Translations under genes and position numbers: made by a program | Notes under the pieces: generated by a model | Databases searched by the model: none | The model's input: only the letters and a program-made list of their open reading frames with translations | What the model was told of the DNA's origin: nothing | Shown here: positions 18,272 through 27,716 of the stretch, one piece after another | How the letters are laid out: every line of letters begins with the position of its first letter | Numbering within the stretch: the stretch's first letter is position 1 | From: Candidatus Fervidifonticultor secundus | GTDB taxonomy: Bacteria > Sysuimicrobiota > Sysuimicrobiia > Sysuimicrobiales > Humicultoraceae | DNA length: 64,000 bases | Direction: 5' to 3' | Assembly: GCA_031459385.1 (NCBI GenBank) | Contig: JAVKIP010000012.1 | Span: 1 to 64,000, forward strand

Positions 18272-18322
18272 TTGTCCTAAGACAACTGGGACAAGTATCG
18301 CACCGCGCCCCCGCCGCGTCAA
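18272..18322 (-). promoter_or_regulatory. sigma70 promoter with overlapping GntR-type operator
   Basis: Minus-strand TTGACG (18317-18322), 17 nt, TGc-GATACT (18294-18299); palindrome TTGTC-ctaa-GACAA (18272-18285) nested in TTGTCC...GGACAA (18272-18294). Confidence 0.7.
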
Positions 18323-18377
18323 TGCCGGGCGGCCTACGGCCGCCGGCCGCACCCGGGCGCGCCAGCACCGCCGCCCC

Positions 18378-19250
18378 TCAGGCCGTGACCTCCGCGAGCC
18401 CGTCCTGGAGGACCACCTTGCCCGAGGGGTTGAGGGCGTCGAAGGCGTAGACGTCGCGGGCGCCGTGGCGCGAGGCAGCCCACAGGCGCACGGTGACTTG
18501 CTGGCCTGGGAGCACGGGCCGCGCGAAGCGGACGGCCAGGCGTGCCAGCCGGGCGGCGTCGCCTCCGCAGGCGTGGACGACCACCAGCCGGCTCGCGATC
18601 CCCAGGGTACACATGCCGTGCACGACCACGCCCGGCAGCCCCGCGGACCGGGCAAACGCCGCGTCCAGGTGAATGGGGTTGCGGTCGCCCGACGCCGCAG
18701 CGTACCGGGCCGGCTGGTCCTCGGCGATCCGGTAGACCCGGCTGGCGGCCGGCGCCTGCCCGCGGGGCACGGCGGGCACCTGGTGCGCCGGCGCGTCCTC
18801 CCCCAGGGCGGAGGCGATGCGCCGACGCAGGAAGAGCGTGATGTACTGCTCCGCCACGGGCGCGCCGGTGCCATCGGTCGCCGCGGTCCTGACGATCACA
18901 GCGGCACCGGCGCGCCGCGGCTGCACGCCGATCACGGCGGCGCGCGTGCGCAGGACCATCCCGGGACGGACCGGCTGGAAGAAGCGCATATCCTGCGCGG
19001 CGTGGAGGCCGGCGGCGTGTTCTTCCGACACCAGCACGCCGTCCAGCGTCGGGAGGAGCACGGCCGAGACCGGCACGACGACGAACAGTGGCGGGGCCAC
19101 CACCCCGGCGCGGTGCGCGGGGTGCTCGTCGTCCAGAGCGGCGGCGTAGGCGCGGATCTGGGCCTCGTCCACCGTCATCACGTGCTCCGGCCCCCAGCGC
19201 CCCAGCGCGGCGACCCGCACGTCCAGCGTGTGATTCAGCGCCTGGCTCAC
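18378..19250 (-). CDS. MaoC-family double hot-dog (R)-hydratase/dehydratase
   Basis: N-terminal hot-dog (YA.A..D, LHAAQDM.F..PVRPG) and C-terminal YAAASGDRNPIHLD...HGMCT. Confidence 0.88.
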   Translation of the reverse strand: MSQALNHTLDVRVAALGRWGPEHVMTVDEAQIRAYAAALDDEHPAHRAGVVAPPLFVVVPVSAVLLPTLDGVLVSEEHAAGLHAAQDMRFFQPVRPGMVLRTRAAVIGVQPRRAGAAVIVRTAATDGTGAPVAEQYITLFLRRRIASALGEDAPAHQVPAVPRGQAPAASRVYRIAEDQPARYAAASGDRNPIHLDAAFARSAGLPGVVVHGMCTLGIASRLVVVHACGGDAARLARLAVRFARPVLPGQQVTVRLWAASRHGARDVYAFDALNPSGKVVLQDGLAEVTA

Positions 19251-19366
19251 GTGGACGGAAGATTCGCCCTGCGCCGGGCGCTCCCTCGTGGAAGGAGCCT
19301 CCGCAGGCGGCGCGAATCGGCTTCCCTAATCCAGCCGGGCCGCAGGGCCCACGCGAGGGGGACGTC

Positions 19367-20422
19367 ATGGGCACCAGGACGGTGATCACCGGGGTGCTGA
19401 TCCTGGCCGTGGTCGCGACGCTCGCCAGCGAGGCGCCCGCCCAGGCGCCGACGCGGCCGGGGCGCACCGTGCAGTGGAAGTTCACGCTGGACTTCATCGT
19501 GCAGGGGCCGCAGGCGCCGTTCATCCTCGCCGCCGAGAAGGGGTACTACGCCCAGGAGGGACTGCAGGTCACCATCGACCGCGGGTTCGGCTCGGCGGAT
19601 GCGGTCACGAAGATCGCCTCCGGCGCCTACCACCTCGGGTACGCCGACATCAACTCGATGATCGAGTTCAACGCACGCAACCCGGGACGCGACCTGGTGG
19701 CGATCGCCATCGTCTTGAACGAGCCACCGTTTTCCATCATCACGCTCCGCCGGGAGGGGATCACCCGGCCCATCGAGCTCTACGGCAAGCGGCTCGGCGC
19801 GCCGGCCGGCGACGCCCCCCGACGCCTGTGGCCGCTGTTCGCCCGGGCGGTGGGCATGGACCCGCGCGCCGTAGAGTGGGTCACGATGGACGTCCCCCTG
19901 CGGGAGCCGATGCTGATCCGCGGCGAGGTCAACGCCATCTCGGGGTTCTACTTCACCTCGTTCATCAACCTGAAGGCGGCGCGGGTGGACCCCAGCGACA
20001 TCGTGGCCTTCATGTACAGCGAGCAGGGCCTGCCCCTCTACGGCAACGCCATCATGGCACCGCCCGCGCTGCTGCAGAGCGAGCCCGAGGCGGTCCGCGG
20101 GTTCCTGCGGGCGTTCGTCCGCGCCCTCAAGGACACCATCGCCAACCCGCAGGAGGCCGTGGCCGCCGTCAGGCGCCGCGACCCGCTGCTCCGCGAAGAC
20201 GTGGAGCTCGAGCGCCTGCTGCTGGCGCTGCGGCTGAACATGCTCACCCGGGACGTGCGCGCCCACGGCTTTGGCGCCGCCAGGGGCGACCGCCTGGCCC
20301 GGTCCATCGACCTGCTGGCCGAGGCGTTCGCGTTCCCGCGCAAGCCGGTCTGGCAGCAGGTCTTCACCGACCGGTTCCTGCCGCCGCGCGCCGAGCGGAT
20401 GCTGCCGGCCGCGCGCCCGTGA
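19367..20422 (+). CDS. ABC transporter substrate-binding protein, NitT/TauT (NMT1/THI5-like)
   Basis: GAGGGGG RBS; signal peptide; LDF..QGPQAPF..A.EKGYY..EGL and LYGNAI. Confidence 0.9.
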   Translation: MGTRTVITGVLILAVVATLASEAPAQAPTRPGRTVQWKFTLDFIVQGPQAPFILAAEKGYYAQEGLQVTIDRGFGSADAVTKIASGAYHLGYADINSMIEFNARNPGRDLVAIAIVLNEPPFSIITLRREGITRPIELYGKRLGAPAGDAPRRLWPLFARAVGMDPRAVEWVTMDVPLREPMLIRGEVNAISGFYFTSFINLKAARVDPSDIVAFMYSEQGLPLYGNAIMAPPALLQSEPEAVRGFLRAFVRALKDTIANPQEAVAAVRRRDPLLREDVELERLLLALRLNMLTRDVRAHGFGAARGDRLARSIDLLAEAFAFPRKPVWQQVFTDRFLPPRAERMLPAARP

Positions 20423-21255
20423 CGCCCGCAGACCCTTTCGTCGTCGTCGACCGCGTCACCCTGGGCTACCCGCACCTGGGCCGGATGGTGCGGGCGGTCG
20501 ACGACGTGACGCTCGCCGCCCGGCGCGGCGAGTTCGTCGCCGTCGCCGGGCCCAGCGGCTGCGGCAAGACGACGCTGCTCAAGAGCCTGGCAGGTCTGAT
20601 CCTGCCCGAGCGCGGCGAGATCCGGGTGGACGGGACCGTCGTCAGCGGTCCCACCCGGCGCGTGGGTATGGCGTTTCAGAACCCGATCCTGCTACCGTGG
20701 CGACGGACCCTCGACAACGTCCTCCTCCCGCTGGAGCTGGTAGCCCCGCACCGCGCCCGGTTCCGGCGCGAGCGGAGGGCCTACGCGGCCCGCGCGCAGG
20801 CGCTGCTGGCCGCGGTGGGCCTCGAGGGCTACGGCGACCGGCATCCCTGGCAGCTGTCGGGCGGGCAGCAGCAGCGGGCGAGCCTGTGCAGGGCCCTGAT
20901 CCACGACCCCGACCTCCTGCTGCTGGACGAACCGTTCGGGGCCCTCGACGCGTTCACGCGCGAGGAGTTGTGGCTCGTGCTGCAGGACCTGTGGCTCCAG
21001 CAGCGGTTCACGGTGTTTCTGGTCACGCACGATCTGCGCGAGGCGGTCTTCCTGGCCGACACCGTCTACGTGATGAGCCCGCGCCCGGGGCGGATCGTGG
21101 CCCGGACCGAGGTGGCGCTGCCGCGGCCGCGAACGCTGGAGGATGCCTTCACGCCAGCCTTCACCGACCTCTACCACGCAGTCCGCCGCCACATCGGCAC
21201 GGGGCGCCCCCCAGACCGGGTGCCCGCCGGCCTGCTGGCCCGGGGGCAGGCGTGA
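20419..21255 (+). CDS. ABC transporter ATP-binding protein, NitT/TauT family
   Basis: GPSGCGKTT, LSGGQQQR, LLLDEPFGALD and VTHD; GTGA overlap. Confidence 0.95.
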   Translation: MTPADPFVVVDRVTLGYPHLGRMVRAVDDVTLAARRGEFVAVAGPSGCGKTTLLKSLAGLILPERGEIRVDGTVVSGPTRRVGMAFQNPILLPWRRTLDNVLLPLELVAPHRARFRRERRAYAARAQALLAAVGLEGYGDRHPWQLSGGQQQRASLCRALIHDPDLLLLDEPFGALDAFTREELWLVLQDLWLQQRFTVFLVTHDLREAVFLADTVYVMSPRPGRIVARTEVALPRPRTLEDAFTPAFTDLYHAVRRHIGTGRPPDRVPAGLLARGQA

Positions 21256-22019
21256 CCGGCCGCGGCGCTGTGGCGCTGTGGGGACCGCCCGCGGTCGTCG
21301 TCGTGGCGAGCGCGCTGGCCTGGGAACTGGCGGCTCGCTCCATGCCCGTCTTCGTGCTGCCCGGGCCCCGGGATGTCTGGTCCGCCCTGGCGCAGTGGCG
21401 GGCGGCCATCTGGTTCAACGCGGCCCAGACGCTGTTCACCACGCTCGTCGGCTTCGGGCTCGCCATCGCTGCGGGCCTGGGGCTGGGCATGGCGGTCGGC
21501 TACTCGGCGCTGGTCTACCGGGCGCTGTACCCCTTGCTGGTGGCCTTCAACAGCGTGCCCAAGGCGGCCATCGTGCCCGTGCTGGTCATCTGGTTCGGGA
21601 TCGGGACGGTCCCGGCGATTCTCACGGCGTTTCTCATCTCGTTCTTCCCCATCGTGGTGAACGTGGCCACGGGGCTGGCCACGATCGAGCCGGAGCTCCA
21701 GGACGTGCTGCGCTCCCTGGGCGCGACGCGCCGCGAGATCTTCACGAAGGTCGGCATTCCCCGGTCCCTCCCGTACTTCTTCGCGTCGCTGAAGATGGCG
21801 GCCACGCTGGCGTTCGTGGGTGCGGTGATCTCCGAGACCGTGGCCTCGAACCGCGGTATCGGCTACCTCATGCTCTCGGCCAGCTCCCGCTTCGAGGTCC
21901 CGCTCGTCTTTGCCGGGCTGGTCGTGGTAGCGGCCATGGGTGTCGTGCTGTTCGCCGCGTTCGCCGTGCTCGAGCGCCGTCTGGCGGGCTGGGCGTACCG
22001 GGGGCAGGGGACGGGGTGA
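21252..22019 (+). CDS. ABC transporter permease, NitT/TauT family
   Basis: VPKAAIVP...WFGIG and EAA-like RSLGATR...KV..P.SLP; GTGA overlap. Confidence 0.92.
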   Translation: MTGRGAVALWGPPAVVVVASALAWELAARSMPVFVLPGPRDVWSALAQWRAAIWFNAAQTLFTTLVGFGLAIAAGLGLGMAVGYSALVYRALYPLLVAFNSVPKAAIVPVLVIWFGIGTVPAILTAFLISFFPIVVNVATGLATIEPELQDVLRSLGATRREIFTKVGIPRSLPYFFASLKMAATLAFVGAVISETVASNRGIGYLMLSASSRFEVPLVFAGLVVVAAMGVVLFAAFAVLERRLAGWAYRGQGTG

Positions 22020-23371
22020 GCGCGGCATCGGGCGCACCCGCCGGCCCGCACTCTCCACAGCGCGACCAGGGCCCGCCGGAGGGACCGCCGCGCGCGGGCG
22101 CGCCCGCTGCGCGAATCGCTGCGGCCAACGCTGAGGCGCTGCGGCGGCTCGAGGGCGCTGCGCCGGTGCTGGTGGGCCTGCGCCCCGCGCGCGCGGTGAT
22201 CCCGCCGCTGGCCGGGGACCGCGCGGTGCTGCACGCCGGGCCCCCGGTGGCGCCCGCCGGCCTGTGCGGTCCCATGCGGGGGGCCATGGTGGGCGCTGCC
22301 CTCTACGAGGGCTGGGCTGCGACCCCCGACGAAGCCGCCGGGCTGCTGGACCGCGGCGAGATCGCCCTGCAGCACTGCACGCACGACTGGGGCGTCGTGG
22401 CGCCCATGGCGGGCGTGGTCTCGCCGTCGATGCCGCTGTTCGAGGTGCGCGACGACGCCGCAGGGCACGTGGCCTACGGCCCCATCAACGAGGGCATCGG
22501 GGCCGTGCTGCGGTTCGGCGCCTACGGCCCGCCGGTGATCGAGCGCCTGCGCTGGCTGCAAGATGTCTTGGCGCCGGCCCTGGATGCGGCACTGCGCCGC
22601 GCGGGGGGCGTGCCGCTGGTGCCGCTCATGGCCCGGGCGCTGGCCATGGGCGACGAGATGCACCAGCGCAACGTGGCCGCCACCAGCCTGTTCCTCCGCC
22701 AGGTGGCGCCGCTGCTGGCGGAGGTGGCCTCCGGGGCGCCCCTGGCGGCGATTTTGCGCTTCCTGGCCGAGGGCGACCAGTTCTTCCTGAACCTGGCGAT
22801 GGTGGCGGCCAAGACGCTCACCCTCGGTATCCAGCACCTCCCCGGCTGTACCCTGGTCTCAGCGATGAGCCGCAACGGCGTGGAGTTCGGCCTGCGCGTC
22901 AGCGGCCTCGGTGACCGCTGGTTCACGGCGCCGGCCCCGACTCCTGAAGGGCTCTACTTCTCCGGCTACGGCGCAGCCGACGCCAACCCCGACATGGGCG
23001 ACTCGGCGATCGTGGAGACCGTGGGGCTGGGCGGATTCGCCATGGCGGCGGCACCGGCGGTCGCGGGCTTCCTGGGCCTGGCCTCGGTGGGCGAGGCCGC
23101 CGGCATCACGCGCGCCATGGGCGAGATCACCGCGGGCCGCAGTGCCCGGTTCCTGATCCCCTCACTGGAGTTCGAGGGGACGCCACTGGGCATCGACGTC
23201 CGCGCCGTCGTGCGGCTCGGGGTGACCCCGGTCATCAACACCGGCATCGCGCACCGCGCACCGGGCATCGGGCAGATCGGCGCCGGCGTGGTCCGGGCCC
23301 CCCTGCAGGTCTTCGAGCAGGCGCTGGCGGCGCTGGCCGCAGCGCTGGAGCCAGCCCCGGGGCACGAGTGA
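22016..23371 (+). CDS. DUF1116 (YlbE/AllG-like) protein, oxamate carbamoyltransferase subunit homologue
   Basis: LHAGPP, GPMRGA..GA..YEGWA, PMAGV.S.SM, LRFGAY, MGDEMHQRN, RNG.EFG, D.GDSAI.ET.GLG and INTGIAH...GQIGAG. Exact start uncertain. Confidence 0.88.
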   Translation: MSAASGAPAGPHSPQRDQGPPEGPPRAGAPAARIAAANAEALRRLEGAAPVLVGLRPARAVIPPLAGDRAVLHAGPPVAPAGLCGPMRGAMVGAALYEGWAATPDEAAGLLDRGEIALQHCTHDWGVVAPMAGVVSPSMPLFEVRDDAAGHVAYGPINEGIGAVLRFGAYGPPVIERLRWLQDVLAPALDAALRRAGGVPLVPLMARALAMGDEMHQRNVAATSLFLRQVAPLLAEVASGAPLAAILRFLAEGDQFFLNLAMVAAKTLTLGIQHLPGCTLVSAMSRNGVEFGLRVSGLGDRWFTAPAPTPEGLYFSGYGAADANPDMGDSAIVETVGLGGFAMAAAPAVAGFLGLASVGEAAGITRAMGEITAGRSARFLIPSLEFEGTPLGIDVRAVVRLGVTPVINTGIAHRAPGIGQIGAGVVRAPLQVFEQALAALAAALEPAPGHE

Positions 23372-23410
23372 CCGAGAGGGCTTGGCGTCCCGCACAGTGA
23401 AATCCCCGGT

Positions 23411-24613
23411 ATGACGTCAGAGTTGAATCCCCCGACGCGGCTGCTGTGCGGCACCGGCCCGACCAACCCTGATCCGCGGGTGCTGCGCGCGATGAGCGCG
23501 CCGGTGCTGGGGCAGTTCGACCCGGCGTTCACGGCCATGATGGGCGAGGTCATGGACCTGGCGCGGGCCGTCTTCCAGACGGTCAACCCGCACACCCTGG
23601 CCGTCTCGGGGACGGGCCGCGCGGCCATGGAGGCTGCCCTGGCATCGCTGATCGAGCCCGGTGACCGGGTGCTGGTCGGCAACTGCGGGCGCTTCGGCGA
23701 CCTCTTCGCCGACATCGCGCGCCGCTACGGGGCTCACGTCGTCGAGGTGCGCGCCGACTGGGGCCAGGTCTTAGACCCTGATGCGATCGCGGCTGCCCTG
23801 CGGCGCGAGGCGTGCAAGCTGGTGTGCGTGGTGCACGGCGAGACGTCCACGGGCGTCCTCCAGCCAGACCTGGACGCGCTGGGCCGGCTGTGCCGCGAGC
23901 ACGACGCGCTGCTGGTGGTCGACGCGGTGGTCACGCTGGGCGGCGTTCCCGTGGAGACCGACGCCTGGCAGCTCGACGTCGTCTTCGCGGGCGGGCAGAA
24001 GTGCCTGGGCTACCCATCCGGCCTCTCGCCCATCACCTGGAACCACCGGGCGGCGAAGGTCCTAGCCGCCCGCGCCGGCCCCGTGGTGAGCAACTATCTG
24101 GACCTGACCCAGCTCGAGCGCTACTGGAGCCCGGAGCGCCTCAACCACCATACGCTGCCCACCAGCATGACCTATGCCATGCGCGAGGCCCTGCGGCTGG
24201 TGCTCGTCGAGGGGCTCCAGGCGCGGTGCGCGCGGCACCGCCGGGCGGGCGACGCCCTCAAGGCCGGCCTCGCCGCCATGGGGCTGGAGCTGTTCGGGGA
24301 CCCGCGCCACCGCCTGCCCATGATCACGGCGGTGGTCATCCCCGAGGGCATCGACGACGAACGGGCGCGGCTACGGCTGCTCGAGGAGTTCGGCATCGAG
24401 ATCGCCACGTCGTTCGGCCCGCTGCGCGGGCGCATCTGGCGCATCGGCACCATGGGCTACAACGCCGACCTGCGCGTGGTGCTGGCGGTGCTCGCGGGCC
24501 TGGAGCACGTCCTCCGGTCGTTCGGCCATGCGATCCCGCGCGGCGCGGGCGTAGAGGCCGCCCGCGACGCCTACACGCGCCCGGCACCGGCGTATCCCGG
24601 GGGGACCCTATGA
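23411..24613 (+). CDS. pucG: (S)-ureidoglycine--glyoxylate aminotransferase (class V PLP)
   Basis: GP.N.DPRVLRAM...LGQFDP.F, GTGRA.ME, VHGETSTG, GGQK (PLP Lys), SNYLDL, RLNHHT, IATSFGPL.G.IWRIGTMGYN; purine context. Confidence 0.85.
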   Translation: MTSELNPPTRLLCGTGPTNPDPRVLRAMSAPVLGQFDPAFTAMMGEVMDLARAVFQTVNPHTLAVSGTGRAAMEAALASLIEPGDRVLVGNCGRFGDLFADIARRYGAHVVEVRADWGQVLDPDAIAAALRREACKLVCVVHGETSTGVLQPDLDALGRLCREHDALLVVDAVVTLGGVPVETDAWQLDVVFAGGQKCLGYPSGLSPITWNHRAAKVLAARAGPVVSNYLDLTQLERYWSPERLNHHTLPTSMTYAMREALRLVLVEGLQARCARHRRAGDALKAGLAAMGLELFGDPRHRLPMITAVVIPEGIDDERARLRLLEEFGIEIATSFGPLRGRIWRIGTMGYNADLRVVLAVLAGLEHVLRSFGHAIPRGAGVEAARDAYTRPAPAYPGGTL

Positions 24614-25356
24614 GGGACGCATCGCACGCTTCGCTCCAGGTCGTGCCCCGGATCCCGTTGTCCAGGCGCCTGGCGGAGGACCTGCGCGGCGAGATTCTGT
24701 CGGGGCGCTTCGCCGTCGCAGACCGGCTGCCCTCGGAGGCCGTCCTGGCCCGTCAGTGCGGCGTGAGCCGGGCGACGCTGCGCGAGGCGCTGCGCGCGTT
24801 GGAGCAGGAAGGGCTCGTCAGCCGGCGGCACGGGATCGGTGCGTTCATCAACCGGCACGTCACGGCCCGCATCGATCGCCTGGAGAACTTCGGGGAGGCG
24901 ATCCGCCGGACGGGACGTCGCACAGAGGACCGGGTCCTGGGCATCCGGGAGGTGACCGCCGCAGGTGAGACGGCCGATCTCCTCGGGGTCCCGCCCGGGA
25001 CCCCTGGCGTGCTCATCCTGAGCCTGCGTCTCACCGACGGCGAGCCGGTCCTCTACTGCGAGAACGTGCTCCCGCTGGCGCTGGTAGGCTCCGTGGAGGC
25101 CGTCGAGCGCCGCCGCCAGTACGAGTCGCTCCTGGACTTCCTGCGGGAGGAACTCCATATCTGCGCGGACCACAGCCTGGTCTCGCTGAAGGCGGTGGGC
25201 GCGCCGCCGGCCGTGGCGCCGGTGCTGGAGGTGGAGCCCGGCACGCCGCTGCTGGGGGTCACAGGCGCGATCTACGATATCGCGGGCCGGCCGGTGTCCA
25301 CGTCCGCGAGCTATATCCGCTCCGACCGGCTCGTCTTCACCATCCTGCGGCGCTGA
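24610..25356 (+). CDS. GntR family regulator, HutC/UTRA type
   Basis: RLPSEAVLARQCGVSRATLREAL plus UTRA-like C-terminus; ATGA coupled to pucG. Confidence 0.9.
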   Translation: MRDASHASLQVVPRIPLSRRLAEDLRGEILSGRFAVADRLPSEAVLARQCGVSRATLREALRALEQEGLVSRRHGIGAFINRHVTARIDRLENFGEAIRRTGRRTEDRVLGIREVTAAGETADLLGVPPGTPGVLILSLRLTDGEPVLYCENVLPLALVGSVEAVERRRQYESLLDFLREELHICADHSLVSLKAVGAPPAVAPVLEVEPGTPLLGVTGAIYDIAGRPVSTSASYIRSDRLVFTILRR

Positions 25357-25371
25357 GGTAGCGGCCGGCGG

Positions 25372-26181
25372 TCACCCATCGGCCTGGCGCAGCGCCTGCT
25401 CCAGGGTCCAGCCGTCGTGCACCATCCCTGCCACTGCCCGCGCCAGCGCCGCAGGGGCGGGGCTATCCCAGATGCGGTGAGCGAACATGACGCCGGCGCC
25501 ACCCGCACGCAGCACACCATCGACGGTGCGCAGCGTGCCTGCGGGTGTTGGGGGCAGCGGGCTCTCCTCGATGATGACCGGGCGCGGACAGGTGGCGACG
25601 GCCAGGCCGAACGCCTCGGGCGTCCCAGGGTAGTCGCTCTTGACGAGATCGCCCCCGAGCTCGGCACCAACCCGGCAGACGTACGCCACGCGTTCGGGGT
25701 CGAACTGGTGACGCGGGTGCGGATTGACCAGCGGCACCAGCGGCATCCCGTACGCCGCGCACTCCTCCGCGATGCGCCCGAGTTGCATGAGCAGCTCGCC
25801 ATCGTGCGGGGTGCCCAGGAAGCAGTTCACCGCCACGGCCGAGGCGCCGAGCGCCACCGCGCGGCGGACCGACGTCACCTGCACGCGTCGGGTGCCATCG
25901 GCGGTCTCATGTGCGGCGGTCGTGAGCTTCACGATGAGGCCGGCGCGACCGACAAAGGCCGGCAGGCAGACGTCGACCAGGCCCTCGTGCACGAGCAGCG
26001 CGTCGGCGCCTGCGTCCACGAAGAGGCGCGCCGTCGCCACCGGATCGCGCAGACCCGGCAGCAGCCCGCGCGGGATGAAGACGTCTAGCGCGCCGATGAA
26101 CGTGCGGCCGTCTGGCCGCAGGATGCTGGCCAGCCGGACGGCCTTGCCCGTCTCCAGGGTGCCTACCCCCGCTGCAGCCAC
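25372..26181 (-). CDS. Class I aldolase, DhnA/FbaB/LsrF family
   Basis: GK.VRL..I..PDGRTFI.ALD, AV.LGA.AV and ELGGDLVKSDY (Schiff-base Lys). Start uncertain: GTG 26181 or CTG 26157. Confidence 0.82.
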   Translation of the reverse strand: MAAAGVGTLETGKAVRLASILRPDGRTFIGALDVFIPRGLLPGLRDPVATARLFVDAGADALLVHEGLVDVCLPAFVGRAGLIVKLTTAAHETADGTRRVQVTSVRRAVALGASAVAVNCFLGTPHDGELLMQLGRIAEECAAYGMPLVPLVNPHPRHQFDPERVAYVCRVGAELGGDLVKSDYPGTPEAFGLAVATCPRPVIIEESPLPPTPAGTLRTVDGVLRAGGAGVMFAHRIWDSPAPAALARAVAGMVHDGWTLEQALRQADG

Positions 26182-27716
26182 GGCCAGTCCGCTGGCGGCG
26201 TGGCGAATCGGTTCATCTCTGGCACCTCGCGCTGGCACCGTTCGTAGACTTGCCACAGGATGGGCTCGAGCCGGCGGCTGGCGGCGTACGCCCGATCCAC
26301 CATCGCCGCGAACCCCGGTAGGTGCCCGGCGATCTCGGCGTAGACCGCCGCCGCATCCACGGTCACCACCCGCCCGCCGTCCACCACCAGGCGGCCGCCG
26401 ACGAACACCTTGTCCACGTCGCGCCCCGACTGACAGTAGACCAGGTGGTTGGCGGGCACGTGCCAGGGAATGAACGCCGGCGCATCCAGGCGTAGCAGCA
26501 CCACGTCGGCGTACGCGCCGGGCGCCAGTATCCCCACCTGGCCCTGCAGCAGGGTGCTGCGCGCCCCGCCGCGCAGCGTCGCGTCCAGCACGTCGCGGGC
26601 CGACGGCCAGGCCTCCGCCACCGGCGAGGCGATCTTGTGGAGGAGGGCCGCGCACTTCATGACCTCGAACATGTTGAACGTGTCGTTGCTGCTGGCACCG
26701 TCGGTGCCCAGGCACAGCGGCACGCCGGCCCGCCGCAGCGCGTGGTACCGCAGGAGGCCGCTGCCGAGTTTGAGGTTGCTGATGGGGTTGTGCGCCACGG
26801 CGGTCCCGGCGGCGGCCAGCAGGTCGATGTCCTGGTCGGTGAGCCAGATGCCGTGCGCGATCGTCAGACGGTCGGACAGCACGCCCAGGTCGGCCAGATA
26901 GGCCACCACCGTTTTGCCGTAGAACGCGCGGCCGGTTGCGACCTGCACCTTGGTCTCCAGCGCATGGGTCAGCAGCGGTACTCGCCACCGCCGCGAGAGG
27001 TCGTCCAGGGCGAGGATCAGCTCGGGCGTGCAGCGCTGCGGGGCAGACGCCGAGAGGGCGATGCGGATGCGTCCGTCGCGGCCGTGCCAGGCCTCCAGCA
27101 GCGTCTCGGCCAGGGCGACCAGTTCGCGCGTCGATTGCACGGGCGCGGCCCCGAGCGCGTCGCGCGCCCAGGCCGGCAGCAGCGCGGCCAGGTACGGGAG
27201 CTTCGCCTCGTAGGGCACATCGGTCATGTTGCAGGCGACGCTGGCCCGCACGCCCACGTCCAGGTAGGCCTGGAGCACCGCCTGACTGCCGGCGACGGTG
27301 GCCAGGGGCGCTTCGGACACGTCGTCCTGAACCGTGGTCACCCCCGACTGCAGCGCCTCGATGCCCGCCAGGAGCGTGCGCAGGTAGATCAACCGCTCCG
27401 GCACCGGGCCGTAGCCCAGGGGCGGGAGCGAGTACAGCATCCACACTTCCAGCGGCATGCCATCCAGCAGGCCGCGGAAGAGCGTCTCGTCGGAGTGCAT
27501 GTGGGCGTTGATCAGCCCCGGCATCGCCAGGCGGCCGCGCGCGTCGACGACCTGCGCCCCTGGCGCCTCGATGCGCGGGCCCACGGCCGCGATCCGCTCG
27601 CCGGTGAGCAGCAGGTCGCCCTCGGGGTAGACGACATCGTGCCCGTCGCAGGTCACGATGCGCGCGCCGCGGATGAGCGTGCTCGCCGGGCTCCCGCCCG
27701 GCGCCGCAGCGGTCAC
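26163..27716 (-). CDS. Metal-dependent amidohydrolase, AtzA/TrzA/MtaD-like deaminase family
   Basis: PGLINAHMH, THALET, AHGIW, HNP.SNLKLGSG and LGTDG. Confidence 0.9.
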   Translation of the reverse strand: MTAAAPGGSPASTLIRGARIVTCDGHDVVYPEGDLLLTGERIAAVGPRIEAPGAQVVDARGRLAMPGLINAHMHSDETLFRGLLDGMPLEVWMLYSLPPLGYGPVPERLIYLRTLLAGIEALQSGVTTVQDDVSEAPLATVAGSQAVLQAYLDVGVRASVACNMTDVPYEAKLPYLAALLPAWARDALGAAPVQSTRELVALAETLLEAWHGRDGRIRIALSASAPQRCTPELILALDDLSRRWRVPLLTHALETKVQVATGRAFYGKTVVAYLADLGVLSDRLTIAHGIWLTDQDIDLLAAAGTAVAHNPISNLKLGSGLLRYHALRRAGVPLCLGTDGASSNDTFNMFEVMKCAALLHKIASPVAEAWPSARDVLDATLRGGARSTLLQGQVGILAPGAYADVVLLRLDAPAFIPWHVPANHLVYCQSGRDVDKVFVGGRLVVDGGRVVTVDAAAVYAEIAGHLPGFAAMVDRAYAASRRLEPILWQVYERCQREVPEMNRFATPPADWPWLQRG

